DNA of 63,756 nucleotides, filler included, from Klebsormidium nitens (GCA_000708835.1; 5 parts of 5 records of this genome joined end to end with filler, not necessarily neighbours in it), one strand, 5' to 3'; positions 26,011-40,322 are shown, counted from the first letter of the whole stretch. Made by a program: numbers and translations. The notes: a model not told the origin generated them from the sequence alone.

Positions 26011-27110
26011 CTACCAGAGAAAGCGCACCGTCGCTCGTAAAGCACCAATACCGATTCCTTCAGGTTTAAATGCATGGCGCTGCATCAAGGTCGCCCGGCG
26101 CGGCGGAGTTTTGTTGGGTTTTGATGTCGTGGGAGAGCGACACGCGTGCGTTTATAAGCCTTCATAAATGCAACGCAATTGTTTCCCGCTGCTGTCTAAG
26201 GGTCCCATGCGTGATACAATCACCTTATCAGTTTGGCGTTAGTACCCTTTGCGTCTTGCAGTGGCAACATTCTCATCCATGAATCCTGGCTTGCCCTGAG
26301 GGCACATATGGACAGAACGTTTGTTCTTGAATAGAGTGCTGATTGGTTAAGGGCGCGGGTTAAGCTTACACAAGTCGTTACTACCCAAGTGGAAGCGTCA
26401 AATCTCATGCAGGATTGCTGCATAAGCTGATCTTATAGACGGGAGTGTATAACATATGATCAATACATCTAAACGACGCGATATTGCAGAGTTTTATTGC
26501 CATGCGTTCCAGCTCGGGCCGAGTCCCGGAGTCCGATCATCATGCAGGCGGACTTCTGGTCTCAAATGGCACATTGCTTTCACATTCGCAGATTCGCCGG
26601 AAGGTGTCAGTTTTGCAATCAGAGCCATGTGTCGTACCCGATTCGTATGCTAGTTAATCTCTGTCGCCGTCGAGTAACGCTTACTACCTTTCTGACGAAT
26701 CAAAAGCTTTTCGTATACAGTAAAGTACCTAGTAAAGAAAACGAACCGTCTCTCTTTCGCTTGCGCTGCTGATGCTGTGTATATTAGCAAGAAGCTAACC
26801 AAACCGCTTATTTCGTCAACCTACTTTGCTAATTAAGTGGCGACAAGCACCAGCGTCACCGCCCTGTGTCGTCGCCTTTCTTTTGGCAAGCGCAGTCCGT
26901 CTCCTTAATGTGCTAAGTATATCGCTGTCTCTTGCATGCATCGGTTATAAAGCCTCAGTATCTGTCTGATTATTGCTCGCACTTCGATCTCAACACAGGT
27001 AATTCTTCGAAACACAAGCCCGTAAACTAGTAGTTATACTAGCAGCCACCTTTTCCATACGCGGGTGAATTCCGCATACGCGCACAATCTAAAGAATCCG
27101 CGTATATACG

Positions 27111-30100
27111 TCAGTGCGACTGAACCTTTCTGCTCTTAACCCCGATTTTCGCACCGTCGTCCTGGCAAATGCACCCCGGGTAAGGGTTAGCGTAGAACGT
27201 AACCTCCTTCTTAACTTCCTCTGGGGGGAGCCCTCTCCGCAGCAGCGGCGCGCCTTCTCTGTCGCGGTGCAATCTCCGCACTTCCGTTTCCACGTGGCGC
27301 CAATCGACGGTGCCGTTGGTGTATCTGTCGAACAGCTTGACCAGGCCAGCCCTGCGGACACGATTTGACGGATCAAAACGCCAGCTTATGAGTGACCTTC
27401 TGACACAAGTTCGACTCATTTCGTCTGAGAAGCAGTTTGCGTACTTTCTTGGCGCCCTCGACTCGGATCGTCAATTGTGTATGGCTCTCGTACTGGGCCT
27501 CACTAAGTGCCGCCGACTGCTTAAACGGAAGAATTCGAAGCTGCAACCACGCCATTGCTCTGATGCCTTTTCTTCGAAATCCTGACAACGCGCTCCCCTC
27601 CGCTCATTGCAACTGTTACGCCAGGTCGAAGTTCAAAGAGTCAACGGCAGCCCATCCCTTACAAACGCTTTTCATCACATCTTATAAAGGTGTTTTTCGT
27701 TTTATCCCTCGGCCCGCGCCAACTGCGAAGTTTGTCGTGCGGCAACCTCTCGCTCGCAAAACGTCTGAACCAAAGCATACGCATAACCCAAGAGTCACGT
27801 AATCCTCAAGAACTCTCTTTAGCCTCCCAATCCTCAGAACGCTCGCAAAAGCCTTGCGAAAGTCCCCGAAGCACTCCCCCGCAATAAACTTTCAAATATT
27901 CCCCCCCCCCCTCACCTGTCTGGGACGATGGTCTTGCGGTGCCCCTCGAAGCGGCGGTGGCCCTCCACGACGCGCGCCATGTTGCCGTCATACGTCGGCA
28001 GGAAGACGTCACTTTCCACTGACACCAGATAGTCGATCGCCGCCATGCGGTTCGAGTGCCCCTCGAACGGCTCCATCTCGTCCTCGCTCGCCAGGGTTTC
28101 CTTCGTAACCTGCGGAAGCGACTTTTGGGTTAGCGACTGGAAACATGGAAAGCAGCCATGTAAATCTTCGTTTTGCGCCTGGAATGAATATCATCCGTCC
28201 TTGCTCGTCACCGTTTCTTCGTCAAGTCACAGAGAGTTTGGTGGATTTGACTGAATTATGTGCGGTGGAACGTTCAGGGGGTTAGAGACACCTGAGGGCG
28301 TAAGAAGACTTTGCTAAGATACTCTGGCTTGACAGAACTAGTTTTTGCTGCCATTGAGCCACTCTATGCAAAGGAAGAATCATCAAGTACTTCTATGCTT
28401 TATACATTCGAGCCTCAAACCTTTGATCGCCTCGTTAAATTTTGCCGTTAATATCATCTCAAAAGCAAACCCAAACCAGAGCCGCAAACCGTTTTCAGCC
28501 CGGCTCACGCCCCCACTCACCACACGTCTTTCGCATCAACTCAAAAATAACCCCGAAACGGACCCTTAGAACCCTTCTCTGAAAAACTCTCAACCTTACT
28601 CACCACATCGGTTAGCACCTCTTTCGCATCATCTCAAAATGAACACCGAGACAAACCCGTAACCCCTGTTTCAAACCAGCCGTTAACCCCGCTCACCACG
28701 TTGGGGAACATCTCCTTCAGGTTCGCCATCCGCTCCTCCCCGCCGTAGATCTCGCCGGCCGCCACGTAGACCGGCGTTTCGCGCGGGAACCCTAACGCGC
28801 GCAGCATTTGGCCGACCTCGCGCGGCGTCAGCGGGCAAACCCCGGCCGCGCGGCGCGCGTCGCTGTCGATCTCCTTTTCCTTCCAGTGCGACACGTTGTA
28901 GCGCGCCTCGCGCAGCTCCGCGGCCTCCAGCGGGGTGAGCCCGAAGTTGCAGCCGCTGAACGCGAGCATGTCCTTCTCGTACCTGGGGGTTAGGACAGGG
29001 TTAGCTCATCTCAGGTGGTTTGGATGGCTAAACTAAGGGGTTTGGAGGGCGTGGAGTCAGGGATGAGCCTCAAGTTGCAGCGGCTGAAGGCGAGCATGTC
29101 CTTTTCGTACCCAGAGGAATCGGGGTCAAGGATCGGTTAGCCTAATTTGGGGGGAAGAGAGCGAAAGTCAAAGTACGGAACCTCAGCAGGAAACGGGTTA
29201 GGTTGGTAACCAGATTGATCAAAGGAAAAGCGACTTCGAGCCCCGTTGAAGTGGCGCCATCTATGTCCCATTCAGCCAACAAAGCCAAACGACTCGCTGG
29301 GTTCCATGAGGATGCAACTCTAAGTCACTCTTCCTTTCCGGCTGCACTACCCGAGGAACATAGACTGCGCCATATTTCCCAAGCAACTGCGGTCAAATCG
29401 CTGGCAAAAGGCGCCGCAGCTCCCCTTTCGCGCGGCCGCGGCTTCGGCTGCTTTAGGGTTTGTGCAAAACCCTGGCGCTCACCTGAGGTGCAGCGCGATG
29501 TAGGGCCCGTTCTCGCGCAGCCGCGCGACGATCTTGGCCGCCATCTCTTCGATCGGACGGCTGAACCGCAGGGCCCGGAAGTTGGCGCGGCATCTCAGCC
29601 GTTGGATGTCGTCGGGAATGCCGTTGTTGCCCAGCCGGCTGTCGGAGAGCGTGAAGTGGACCACCTTGTGCTCGGCGACCAGCGGCGCGATCTCCTCTAG
29701 GTAGTAGGTCGCCTGAAAAACGAAGAGGGCGGGGACGATGTAAGTCGAACCGTGGTGGCGAGTGGCACAGCGAAGAACTTGATGGAAGTTTGTGTGTATT
29801 GGGAGAGCTCTCTGCCTGCGCTGAAAACGGAGGAGCTCTGACTGAATCTACCTTTGGGACGGCCGTCCTCCTGAATGTCAGAAACAACGTCAACCCGGCG
29901 TTCTGCGGTCTCGTAGCTTCTGAGAGGGGGCGCCGAGGAGGGTGGGTCGACGAATCCGTCAAGACCTTGTCCTGACTTCTTGTCGCCTTGATGCCGTTTA
30001 TTCCTTTTCTAGCTCGCTTTCAGACCGGTTTGCCGTCTGCTTCATGGAAAAAGTCGTTCCTATTTACTTCCAACTGGTCGGTCTTTGCTTTCGCAGCGCA

Positions 30101-32931
30101 GCCCGAGGCCCACGGCCGTTCTGAGCCCGTCCGGCAGCTCAATTCGATTGAGACGTGATTTCAAAAGCGCCCAATGAGAAGGTCTCATAGTCGCTTATTG
30201 CAGCGCAAGTTACCCACCTGCGACCACGAAACGGGCGCCTTCCGAAACGCCGTCACGTTCTTGAGCCCGTCCGGCAGCTCCCGGACGACACGCACGTGGT
30301 CCGAGAGCGTCCGAACGAAATGTTCCTCGTCGAAGATGTCCCCGAAGTCGCTCGGGTCGTTCCAGTACGACGTCTTGTCCAGCTCCGGGATGACGAGCGT
30401 CACGTTCAGGATGCGCGCCACCGCCACCATGTCGCAGATCTGCGAGGGAAGGATGACGTCAGCAGAGGCATTGAGTGATGTCATCGGAGTAACGATTCTG
30501 AGCTGGACGGATGAGGGACAGGTGCTCGCACGTCTAGCGGGGGGTTTGAAGAAGACTTTAGGACATGGACTTGACCGACTCGAGTTCAGTTGCTGAATAT
30601 ACTCTCCGTCGCTCGTCGAGCTTCCGCGGCTGACGTGAGGAAGAATGCAGTGCGCAAGCTTTCTAAAGAATGTTGGCTGCAAACTTTTTTTGAGAATCAT
30701 GGGCGAAACGCAACGCAACGAACAATCGCAGATCCAGGGCCTTATCTTTCGAATGAGTATCGCGCCTCCATTCGACCTGAGACAATGGTCTCGCTAAATA
30801 CAAACTGCTTGCAAGCGAACTGATACACGGTAAGAAGACACTCCCGTTGTGCTAGCAAGCTGAGAAACGTTTGCACTGGGTGCCGTTGGACGAGATTGAA
30901 CAAGAGACAGGTGTTCCTCACCGCTGCCCTCATCTGGTTGAGCCCGCCGTTTGTCGACACGCGAAGGTACCCTTCTGATGCTGTTGGTGTGCCTGCGGGC
31001 AAAAGAGCAAGTCACGCCAGAGTTCGTCGCAAACAAAAGTCAGCTTCACAGCACAACGTGAGTTGAACTGCTTTCAGCTTAGTCAACGGACTTCCGTTGT
31101 CCCTCTCAGCTTTGGAGCGACAGCTGTGAACTACAGGGCCTGTCTTCCGTCAGCAATCAATAGGTGTCTTCCGAAAGGAGTCAAATAGGATGTTCAAAAA
31201 GTCATGGTCAGTTTCAGGGAGGCGCTCTAGAATGCCTGACAGCTGTCACCTTCCGAACGAACGACATGATTCCTTTCCGTAATCACAGAGAACCGAACAG
31301 AAGGCCTTACCGCACTTTGCTTTGTTAAGCAGGAACTCTTTTGACAAGTGTGATCTGAAATGCGATTGCACTATCATTTCCAATCCTTGACCGCAAAAAG
31401 TAGAAACGAGTCAGACCTCCCTCAGGGAGCTGCAGGTGTCAAATAACGAGAAAGCAATTTGGTGCACTGCTCACTCTCTTCAACGGAGTCCGAATCAATG
31501 CACTGCTTGTACCCTTCGCTCGGGGGATCCATCCAGAGGGTGCCGTCCTGCTTCTTCGTCTGCAAAACGTGTGGGAAGCCAACTTTAAGCTTCCGGAAAA
31601 AGCTAAAAGTGATCGAGATCTTAGTACCTCTAAGAAGTTGCCAGCTGTCACAGCTGAACAGCTGTGTCACGAATCTCAGATCTCAGTTTCTTTTTTAAAG
31701 ACACATGGGTGTAGCTTTTCAAGCTAGCTTCTCAGGCAGCGAGACAGGCAGACAGCTGTCTTAGTGCCCAACTTGAATTTGACCGTGTATCAATGATCCT
31801 ATTTCCACGAATTCAGCTGGGCTCCTTCCATTTATCCATTAGATGCTTGAGACCGGGGTTGATAACAAGCATTGCTGTGCCTCACCTTCGGGCCATACCG
31901 GGTAAACTGCATGGCGCCAGCTGGGGTCAGGTAGTGGTCAGTCGAAATTGACACCAGGACAGTTGTCTGCATGCAAAGGCGGGGCGGTGTCAGGACCGTC
32001 GCAATGCGATTGCTTTGGCTGCGCTCTGCACAGCTGTCAGGATCTGCTGTGCAGTGAGGAAGGCTCAGTGACAACAGCAGCATTTCCTTCAAAGTGGTCC
32101 TATGCAGAGCTGAAGAAGGTGTCAAATCCCTGATGGCCAATGCTGCTTTTCTGGTCAGTCCTGAAGCATGCATGCATTGGTCAGATTGACATCTTCTTGC
32201 ACCAATGACAACCGTGCCTCTGCAACTTTGTCTCTGAATGCCCAGGAACGAGCTATTGGAATCTACAATCAGCTTTGCGCTCGTTTTGTGCTTGTTCGGA
32301 ACAGCAGTCCAAGCGTGGCCTTTGACATCTTTTTCGGACACCAGGAACATTGTCTTTTGCTCATCAACATTCTAGACGCACCCAATTTTCCATACTCACT
32401 ACCAAGACCACTTCCTAACCCACAAACGAATGAAAGCAGCATTTTGTAGTGTCTTTTCTCCCTCTTAGACAAAAATTCACATCCCCCCCTCACCTGCACA
32501 GTGCTGCGGATGGCCCCAAACCACCCCCCCGCCAACTCCAACACCAGAATCAAGCACACCACGATTGCCAGCAGAGAACTGCACACTGCTTTGTGACTCC
32601 CCTTCTTCCCCTCCCCTTTTCCCCCCTTCTCGGGCACCCCCGGACTAGAATCCCGCTTTGGCAGTCCCCCTTTGGCCTCTTTTCCAAGCGCAGCCGAGAC
32701 CTCATTTAGCAGGGGCTTGGTCAGATCCCCCTTGGCCAGCCACTCGCTCGGTTCGGTTTGCGGGTCTCCGGACAAAGAGGACCGTCCGCTGGCGGATGCG
32801 CTGCTGCATCCCCGTCCGAGCGTCTGCAAGTCCGCACTGCTACTGTCTGGGGAAATGGAGAAGCGGCCGCTGATGGAGGTCGCACGGCGAAGCCTCCCCG
32901 GGTGAGCGGAGGACTGGTTCTCGCCCCCCAT
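27111..32931 (-). CDS. Plant O-fucosyltransferase family protein (GT106 / PF10250-type), type II membrane glycosyltransferase
   Basis: Exons 32494-32931, 31475-31559, 30922-30992, 30218-30439, 29483-29712, 28697-28982, 27916-28109 and 27111-27351, phase-compatible. Motifs [92 protein letters not shown] and [11 protein letters not shown]; N-terminal TM helix. The start could instead be 32967 or 33009. Confidence 0.93.
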
Positions 32932-35224
32932 TGCGGCGGGCAGCCCCCCAGCCTGAGTGGTCCTCATTCTGTCTATCCCGTGAAAAGATCTAATGAATGA
33001 ATGCACCAAGGTCTGCTCTTGAGGGGGGACCTAGCCCACAGGCATGATAATCGGGGACTGTATACACCTGAAAGCAACAACCAGAGAAAAAGCCACAACT
33101 CATGCGCGCATGCTGCAAAAGGAAGACCTTTGCTGGGCCTAATCCACGCCTCTTCCTTGCCCCCTCAGCATTAGTTGCTTCACTTCAGCATTGATCGCCA
33201 CCTGTTGCCTTTCACAAGCCACGGCATTCCCCCTGAAAGAAGTCGCCGCTTCGCCCTTCCAACAGCGAGGATCTGAAGACAAGCATCGACTCTAAATCTA
33301 CAGCTGGCACGTTCCAAGGATCGCTGCAGCTTTCTACGCAACGTGACAATGCGCCTGCTGACATTAGACGCTGAGGAGGTGTTCGTTTCCGACGTTCTGC
33401 GCAAGCGCTGCTTTTGATCAACAGGTCGAGGCTTTCCAACAGGAGCGGCCCCTCGGCTAGCTTCCTTCTCCTTAAAAGCTCTGAAAACGCAAGCGACGAT
33501 CTCAGTGTAGGGGACGGCGATTTAGATGCATGGCATTGGCAGCTTCCAATGCTATAATCTGTGCTGCGCGGCTGGGCAGCGGTGATCCTCGAGTACCGTC
33601 GAACTGCTCACGTCAGCCCTGCCGCGGAAAGTTTCATGTGACTGTTGTCATGATGATCGATCGACGACTCGCGACTACCCTTTGAAGGTTATCGACGGCT
33701 GGAACTTTAAACGTGGCCATGCGCGCGTGGCGAATCGCCACAACTTCGTTTGACGGCCGTTTGTTGCCCGTGACTTGTGAGTCGTGACACAGTCGTTTGA
33801 TCACGAGTGACTGTTAAATACATAGTCATAGGTTCCGGTAGTCGACTTGAATCAGCCGCAGACTAGCTAGCAACCAATAATACCGTACCCAGATCTGCAC
33901 TCTTCAGCGTAGGTACGGGGTAACAGTAGTACTTGATTTGGAGATGAGGCACGCCACTATGCAAAGTAGGTACGGAATGTCAACATGGAGGCAGTGTGGC
34001 ACTGACCGAGTAGGTAGAACTATTAATCAAGAGAAGCTTAGCCGAGGCTCAGCTCACTGATCAGCTAGCCTGGGCCCTGATAGCCTGCCAGTGAATCTGG
34101 AATTCAAATAAGGTTGCGCGTCGACCGAAAACCTCCGAGGTCATCCCAGGTTTTTCAGCCAATCAGAGGCCTGCTTTTCATAAATCTGGGTTTGTAGAAG
34201 GTTTGCAACACTGAGGTGATTGTGTCGCCTATATCTATCAAATCGGCATCTTTTCTGCTCAAAGAAGCCTTGTCGGCAATTGCCACCACTCATGGCCATT
34301 GCCCATGTGCTTTGAATTGAGCATTTTGGTGCAGAATTGGGTGAAATAGGGCGCACAGATGTGGAGGGTTTGCTGCAAACCACTGCCGAAACCAGGGTTT
34401 CCTGGACCACGTGGTCTAACAAGATAAAAGTGGGGGGTGGTAGATTTTCGGTCGACGCGCAACCTAATTCAGCTCAAAAGCTGAAAAGCTGCAGGACAGT
34501 ACGCATAAGCTGGTACTTAGCTTCATGAGCGATGGCACTCCGCCGTACCGATATAAGGCTACTGCCAAACACAGCTGATCTGGGCCTCAAAGTTGGTCGA
34601 CCAGTAGTTCAGTCGGACACTCAAATATGATGATTGCAAAATGGGCGAACAAATGGCAAGAGTTGCACGTCACTGCACAGAGATTAATTCCAGATCTGGC
34701 ACCGCAGAGCTTGAAGAAGTTGCAGTGTTGCTCTGGGCGGCTTTGAAGCTAGTAGTAAACGGGTGGCGACGTGGACTTCAGGACTGCTTACCATTGCACG
34801 TTTTTTGGCAGTAGCCCTCGGCCACCTGAAGAGCGGACAACCATGGCAGCCGGTCAATCCGCAGCCTGCAGCTGAGCTCGTCCGGGCTTCCGTTCATTTT
34901 GTCGTTAGCTCCAGATTTTTTTATCGCAGTGAGCTACTCAGTCGGCTGGACACCTAGAGCTGCATGTAGTGTCCAACGCGTTGCAGGAAGTTCATTCACC
35001 ATGCATCTCCGACTCGAGCTCAATTCATATGTCTGAGCAAGCTGACCGCAACCTCAACCGTCAGATTACATCATACCTCATATAATTGCATGCAAAGTCG
35101 CCGGCCCTTTCTACAGACCGCCACCGAGGCTGATACCGACTGTTATATTACTACAGCTTTGCCGATAAACGACTGAGTCTACGAATGAAGCGGCCCACAC
35201 AAGCAACCCATGGTGGGTATCGGC

Positions 35225-35324
35225 NNNNNNNNNNNNNNNNNNNNNNNNNNNNNNNNNNNNNNNNNNNNTTAATTAATTAANNNNNNNNNNNNNNNNNNNN
35301 NNNNNNNNNNNNNNNNNNNNNNNN
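35225..35324. other. Assembly linker N44-TTAATTAATTAA-N44
   Basis: Linker at 35269-35280. Confidence 0.97.
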
Positions 35325-37380
35325 AAAACCTTACAACTCCATTACGACTTCGTGGCTATGATACCCTCGGTTGTCTGAATTTGCTGACTTTTTGTCCGTT
35401 TTACATCTTGGCCAGGACGACAGAGCTGGCAGGAACCACTGCTTTCAGCAGAATTTTCGCGTCGATTCCCCCGACGCGATGATAGTCGACTGTACACCTT
35501 CCCTTTTCGCCCTTCCCCAGACTATGCAAGTATAAAATCTTGCGAGTTGGTCTACATGACAGAGCGGTGGAGTCCGATCAAAAACTCAGTGCCATCCAAT
35601 CAAGTAGACTGTACATTGCTGTGATCAGGTCCTTCTGATTTTCCATTTGTCTGTCAACCTCTTACTTTATCTCGTTCACAGATCTTATTTTCATGGATTC
35701 TCTGGGTTTTTGCATGTTGTCGGGCGTGTAGCAAGTTTTTGCGAATTCTAGCATTTTCTCTTTCTGGAACGCAATCTGAGTTCCTCTTCGGTCAGAGTGA
35801 ACTCCTTCTGAAGCTTACCTTTTTCCGTCGACTCTCCAACCTCGTACGGCCAGAGACCACACGACATGTCGCCCTTGTATACATACAATGTTTAAATTGG
35901 GCATACCTAGATTCCTGGCTTCGTGAGTGAAGCGCAGGCATCGTGGATGTCCGCCTCTCATATCCAGCCCCGCTCCTTCCTGACTATGTCTTGAATGCGT
36001 CTCCAGCGGCCTCATCTAGGACATATGCTTTTAAATAAACGTCACTTATAGTGAGGAATGGTCAGAAAAGTTTACTCTTCAACCTGGGGCGCACATATGG
36101 ACGTTCTTGAGAGGACGCGCATACTTGTCGGGGTCTGCACCTCGTTTTCTCTCCTAAGTTTCCTGTGGTTTTCAGCCTTACTGCAGGAAACGGTTTCGGC
36201 TGTGATCGCATCGTTGGGCAAACAACCCATAATCAAGATCATAGAGTGATGCCATAATCTCCTCGCATGAGTTCCATTGCTGGCTCTATTGCGCTTTCAC
36301 TGCACTTGAGAAATTAAGGTCGCAAGCTTTTGGCAAAATATAAGCAGTTGCCTCGGTCTTCAAGCTTTGCGTATGGAGGCCTGATTGCTGGTGATGATGA
36401 CCAATCTTGGGACAACGACCCAATGATACATCCTGTGACCTTAATTTCACAGGTCAATTATGACCTTAATTTTTTAGCTTTTTTTAGCTTTTTTTAGCTT
36501 GCTAGACTTTCTTGCTTGATAAAGGCGTTAAAGACGCCGTGCATCATTAGCGATGACTCTTTAGCAGTTCTCTTCGCTGTACTTGCGTGTGTCCCCACAA
36601 AACCTCTTCAAACTTGCTCATCTCGTCTGACTGAACTGATGGCTCAAACGACCATGGCATCATTTCGCAGCCGATTTTACCCTGCTCCTTCTGACGCCTT
36701 GCGGTACCCTTGCAATTTGTACATGGGCTGCAGATGATATTTGAAGGCTGACGTGTATAATTGCAATTTCTGAAGAATGCAAAGATTGGGCATTTGATCG
36801 GGAGTGGATCAGTTCCAGGCAGAGATTATTGGGAACTGGCTCTGAAAGGAGACATTGCACCCAATTCTCGTTCGCGGAGCTCTGACTCACTTTTCCTGAG
36901 GTTTGACCGTTGATTGCGGTAGACTATGAGCGAATAGCGCATGCTTCGAACATTGCATCTGCGATCCAATGCATGTCGGTACATATTCGTCATGTTCTGC
37001 TTGCCATCCTGAAACGCATCAAGGAACTTTGTTGCTTGACCTCCTACTGTGATCTGGTCTGGAGTTGGCGTTTGGTTGGAATGGTCTAGCAAAGTGACTG
37101 TGAGCTTGGCAATGATGACGAACCGTGTCTCACTTCGCGTCTTGTGGCATGGATGCCAATCGTCGCTGTCATTCGTCGTCATTCCTGTCATCTCTTCGGG
37201 AATTTTTGAGCAGCCTTCGTTGAACTACCTTCTTCTACGTTCTGCACCGTTTGTCCAAGCTTTGTCCAAATCGTGAAGGCTGTGATGACGATTTGGGATA
37301 AGCCCACAGATGTCCGCGCTCATTCTGATGCCAGTTTCCAAATTAGTCCGTGTTTCTATCTCTACGCCTCTCCCCTGCAG

Positions 37381-40322
37381 GCCTATAGCACGCCGTTCGA
37401 CGACCCTAACATCAGCCAATCCGAGAAAGACTATATTTCTCAGAACGTGGTCAAGTCGTCCAAAGTGCAAAAGATCCCCTGGCGATTGCTCCTTTCCAAG
37501 CCGCCTGTCTGGGCCATCATCTCGTGCCACTTCTGCCACAACTGGGGGACGTTCATCCTGCTGACGTGGATGCCCACGTACTACCATGACGTGAGCGTTA
37601 CGAAAGTTGACGACTTAAGATCTGGGAGTGTAAGAAAACCTCTAAGGATTAGAGAAGCGAGATCTCGTGCCACTTCTGCCGCAAATGGGGAACGTTCATC
37701 CTGCTGACGTTCATGCCATGACGTAAGCATCCGAGGCTTGACGATTGATCTTGGGGATTTCGAAGATATACTGAAGTCTCAGAAGCGAGAGTTACATGCT
37801 GGTTCTGCCATAGCTAGGAAACGGCTATCACGTGGGTGGCCTTGTAACAGCTTGACACAAGTATGACGTTCGCGTTCGCATTCCTGGGGCTGAGGGAGAA
37901 TCAGGGCTACTTTTAAAGATGCAGGACTTCAATAGTTTGTCTTCTCAAGGCTTGATTCAGGCAGGTTCGTCTCGCTGAGGTGGATGCCAACGTGAAACCG
38001 TGCCGTGAGATTCCCGTAGAGTGGCTGCTTCAGTGTACCAGAATTTTCAATTCTCAATGCACAGAGAAAGGTTTGCAATGGAGTGCATCGTGGTCCTGGT
38101 CTGCCTTCTGCTCAGCCTTCCTGCTTGATTTTCTTGGCGGTCCACTTTAGCAGAAGACGTTTGAAACGCAAGATTCCGGGGGGGGGGGCTAATCTTGCCT
38201 TTCTTTTGACCCCCCGCGCAGGTCCTCGGTTTCAATCTCACCGAATCCGGCATTTACTCCGTCCTCCCCTGGTTAACCATGGCGGTTTGCTCCAACACCG
38301 GGGGCTGGATTGCTGACACCCTGGTTAGCCGGGGTTATAGCATAACCTTCGTACGAAAGGCGATGCAAAGCATAGGGTTCCTGGGACCCGCGCTCTGCTT
38401 GTCGCAATTATCGTCAATACATGACCCCAAGCTGGCGGTCCTTTGTATGATGTTGTCTCAGGTAAGCAGTTCAACTTGTCATGAGATCCCATGTACTCGA
38501 TAAGCGTGTTTACCTACATCTGTCGCACTGTCCGTTTCAACGGTCACTTGCACTGGAGATTTCTCACACTATTTGCAATAGTCGCTCGGTAGTCGCTCGG
38601 TAGTTCCGCTGCTATTCTGCTGACGGCCTTCATCCAAAATCTTGATTTGAGTGCTTCTTGAAAAATAACATCCATTTCAGCTTCCGGATGTCAAGCATTG
38701 CGAGGAACGTTTTAGGGGGGCTTATTCGGGAAATGTCTTAGACAAACAGAAACGGGCCTTCATTAATCGACTCGGTTATCGGAGCTGTGCTGATTGGTCA
38801 GAGAAGCTTACCACTGCTCTTGCGTGCCTCGTATTTGGTTTTCTTATTTTTGACGGCTCTCAACTTTAGCGACCCTAAGTCGTCAAGCTGGCAGTCAAAA
38901 AGAGGATGGTCAACCGAAGGGTTCAATTCTCGGGAGTCCCGGTTTTGTATCTTACTTCCGGGGCACATCGGATTTCTTCCTGAATTTGTTTTTCGGTAAA
39001 CGGTAAGATATCAGGAGGAGCCATGTCGAGCCGATTGCTGCAGATTCTTGAAAGATCCTGGAGATGTCTTGCAACTGCCCAGTCAAAAATGGCACTTGAA
39101 AGCCAGCAACCGCCGCTCTAGTTCGTCAGCTCACCCCATGCTTCTGTTTCCATTCAGGGCTCCGACGCCTTCTCCCAGTCGGGCCTCTACTCCAACCATC
39201 AAGATATCGGGCCTCGTTATTCAGTAAGTCTCTGACCTGAAGTATGAAGCTTCCGTTGGTGCAAGTAGCCGACACAACAAGCAACACACCTTAACGCCGA
39301 ATTCTGTCAGTAAATGTGTTCAAAATATAAAAACGCGATCTGAGCTGCTGACCATGGTCATCTCGGCGATGGTCTTCTTCGACGCTCGTACCTGGAGGGG
39401 GGCTGTTCTAGTTTAATACTTGGGTGAAAGTGACTTTCTGCGACAGGAAGGCTCAGACTGCCTGCTTTTTGCTAACTGTGTAAGCAGCACGTTCCGCTGG
39501 TACGAGCTAGTAACCATTCTTGTGCCCCACTTTCTGCCCGTTGCGCGTGAGCCCTTTTGAAACCGTAGCAAAACGGACGACAGAAACGGCGCACTCTCTG
39601 GAGACCTGAAGACGTGGAGACTAGGAAACTGCTTGACACCCGATCTGTTCGGGCCCCTAAAGTTGTACGGCCTGTGCCACGGCGTATGAACGCCCGTCCT
39701 GATTCTATTCCTGCTTCTTGGCTCTCCAGTAAGTTCCTGAGCTCCTTCGGCAGCAACAACGTCCTGATTCGCGTCGTGCTCTTTTGCAGGGAGTGTTGTT
39801 AGGTATGTCAAACACCGCTGGAGTGTTGGCCGGGGTCTTAGGCACGGCCGCAACGGGTTACATTCTTCAAAACGGTAAGCAAATTTGTATGCTGATGTAT
39901 TCTGAAGAGAGTGCTCTTCCTGCAACGGGCGTAATTATTTGGGGCTTCCCTTCAGCATACGCGTTTGTTTCTGGCCTAGAAACCTCCTTGAAACCTCAAG
40001 CCCATCTTCTTTCTTAGATGTCGCGCGAATGAGTCCATCTGGGCTCCTTCGCTTGCGCTTGAAAAAGGCCGCATTCGAATGTTGTGCGATTGAAAAAGTT
40101 GCCTTCGCCAGAATCGAAGCTGAAAAGCAGATGAGAAAGCAGGAGGAGTCTTTGGGATGGACTCTGTCCCTGCTTTCGTCCCTCTGAACCAGCAGGTTTG
40201 AAACTTCGTCACGGCTTCTCGCAGGTTCTTGGGACGAGGTCTTCACGGTCGCGGTTGGTCTTTACCTCGTCGGTACTGTCATTTGGAACGTTTTTGCCAC
40301 TGGAGAGAAAATATTTGACTAG
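37381..40322 (+). CDS. PHT4: PHT4/ANTR (SLC17-type MFS) anion/phosphate transporter, 3' portion only
   Basis: Exons 37381-37590, 38222-38461, 39158-39223, 39790-39874 and 40225-40322. Motifs IPWRLLLSKPPVWAIISCHFCHNWGTFILLTWMPTYY, GGWIADTLVSRG, GSDAFSQSGLYSNHQDIGPRYSGVLLGMSNTAGVLAG and SWDEVF...WNVFATGEKIFD. Closest in my recollection to PHT4;1/PHT4;4. Upstream exons were not found in this contig. Confidence 0.92.

Noticed and set aside
33500-37380. 5' exons of PHT4
   Set aside because: No expected motifs (e.g. GEGVAMPAM, GWPSVFY..FGSLG) were found on either side of the linker.
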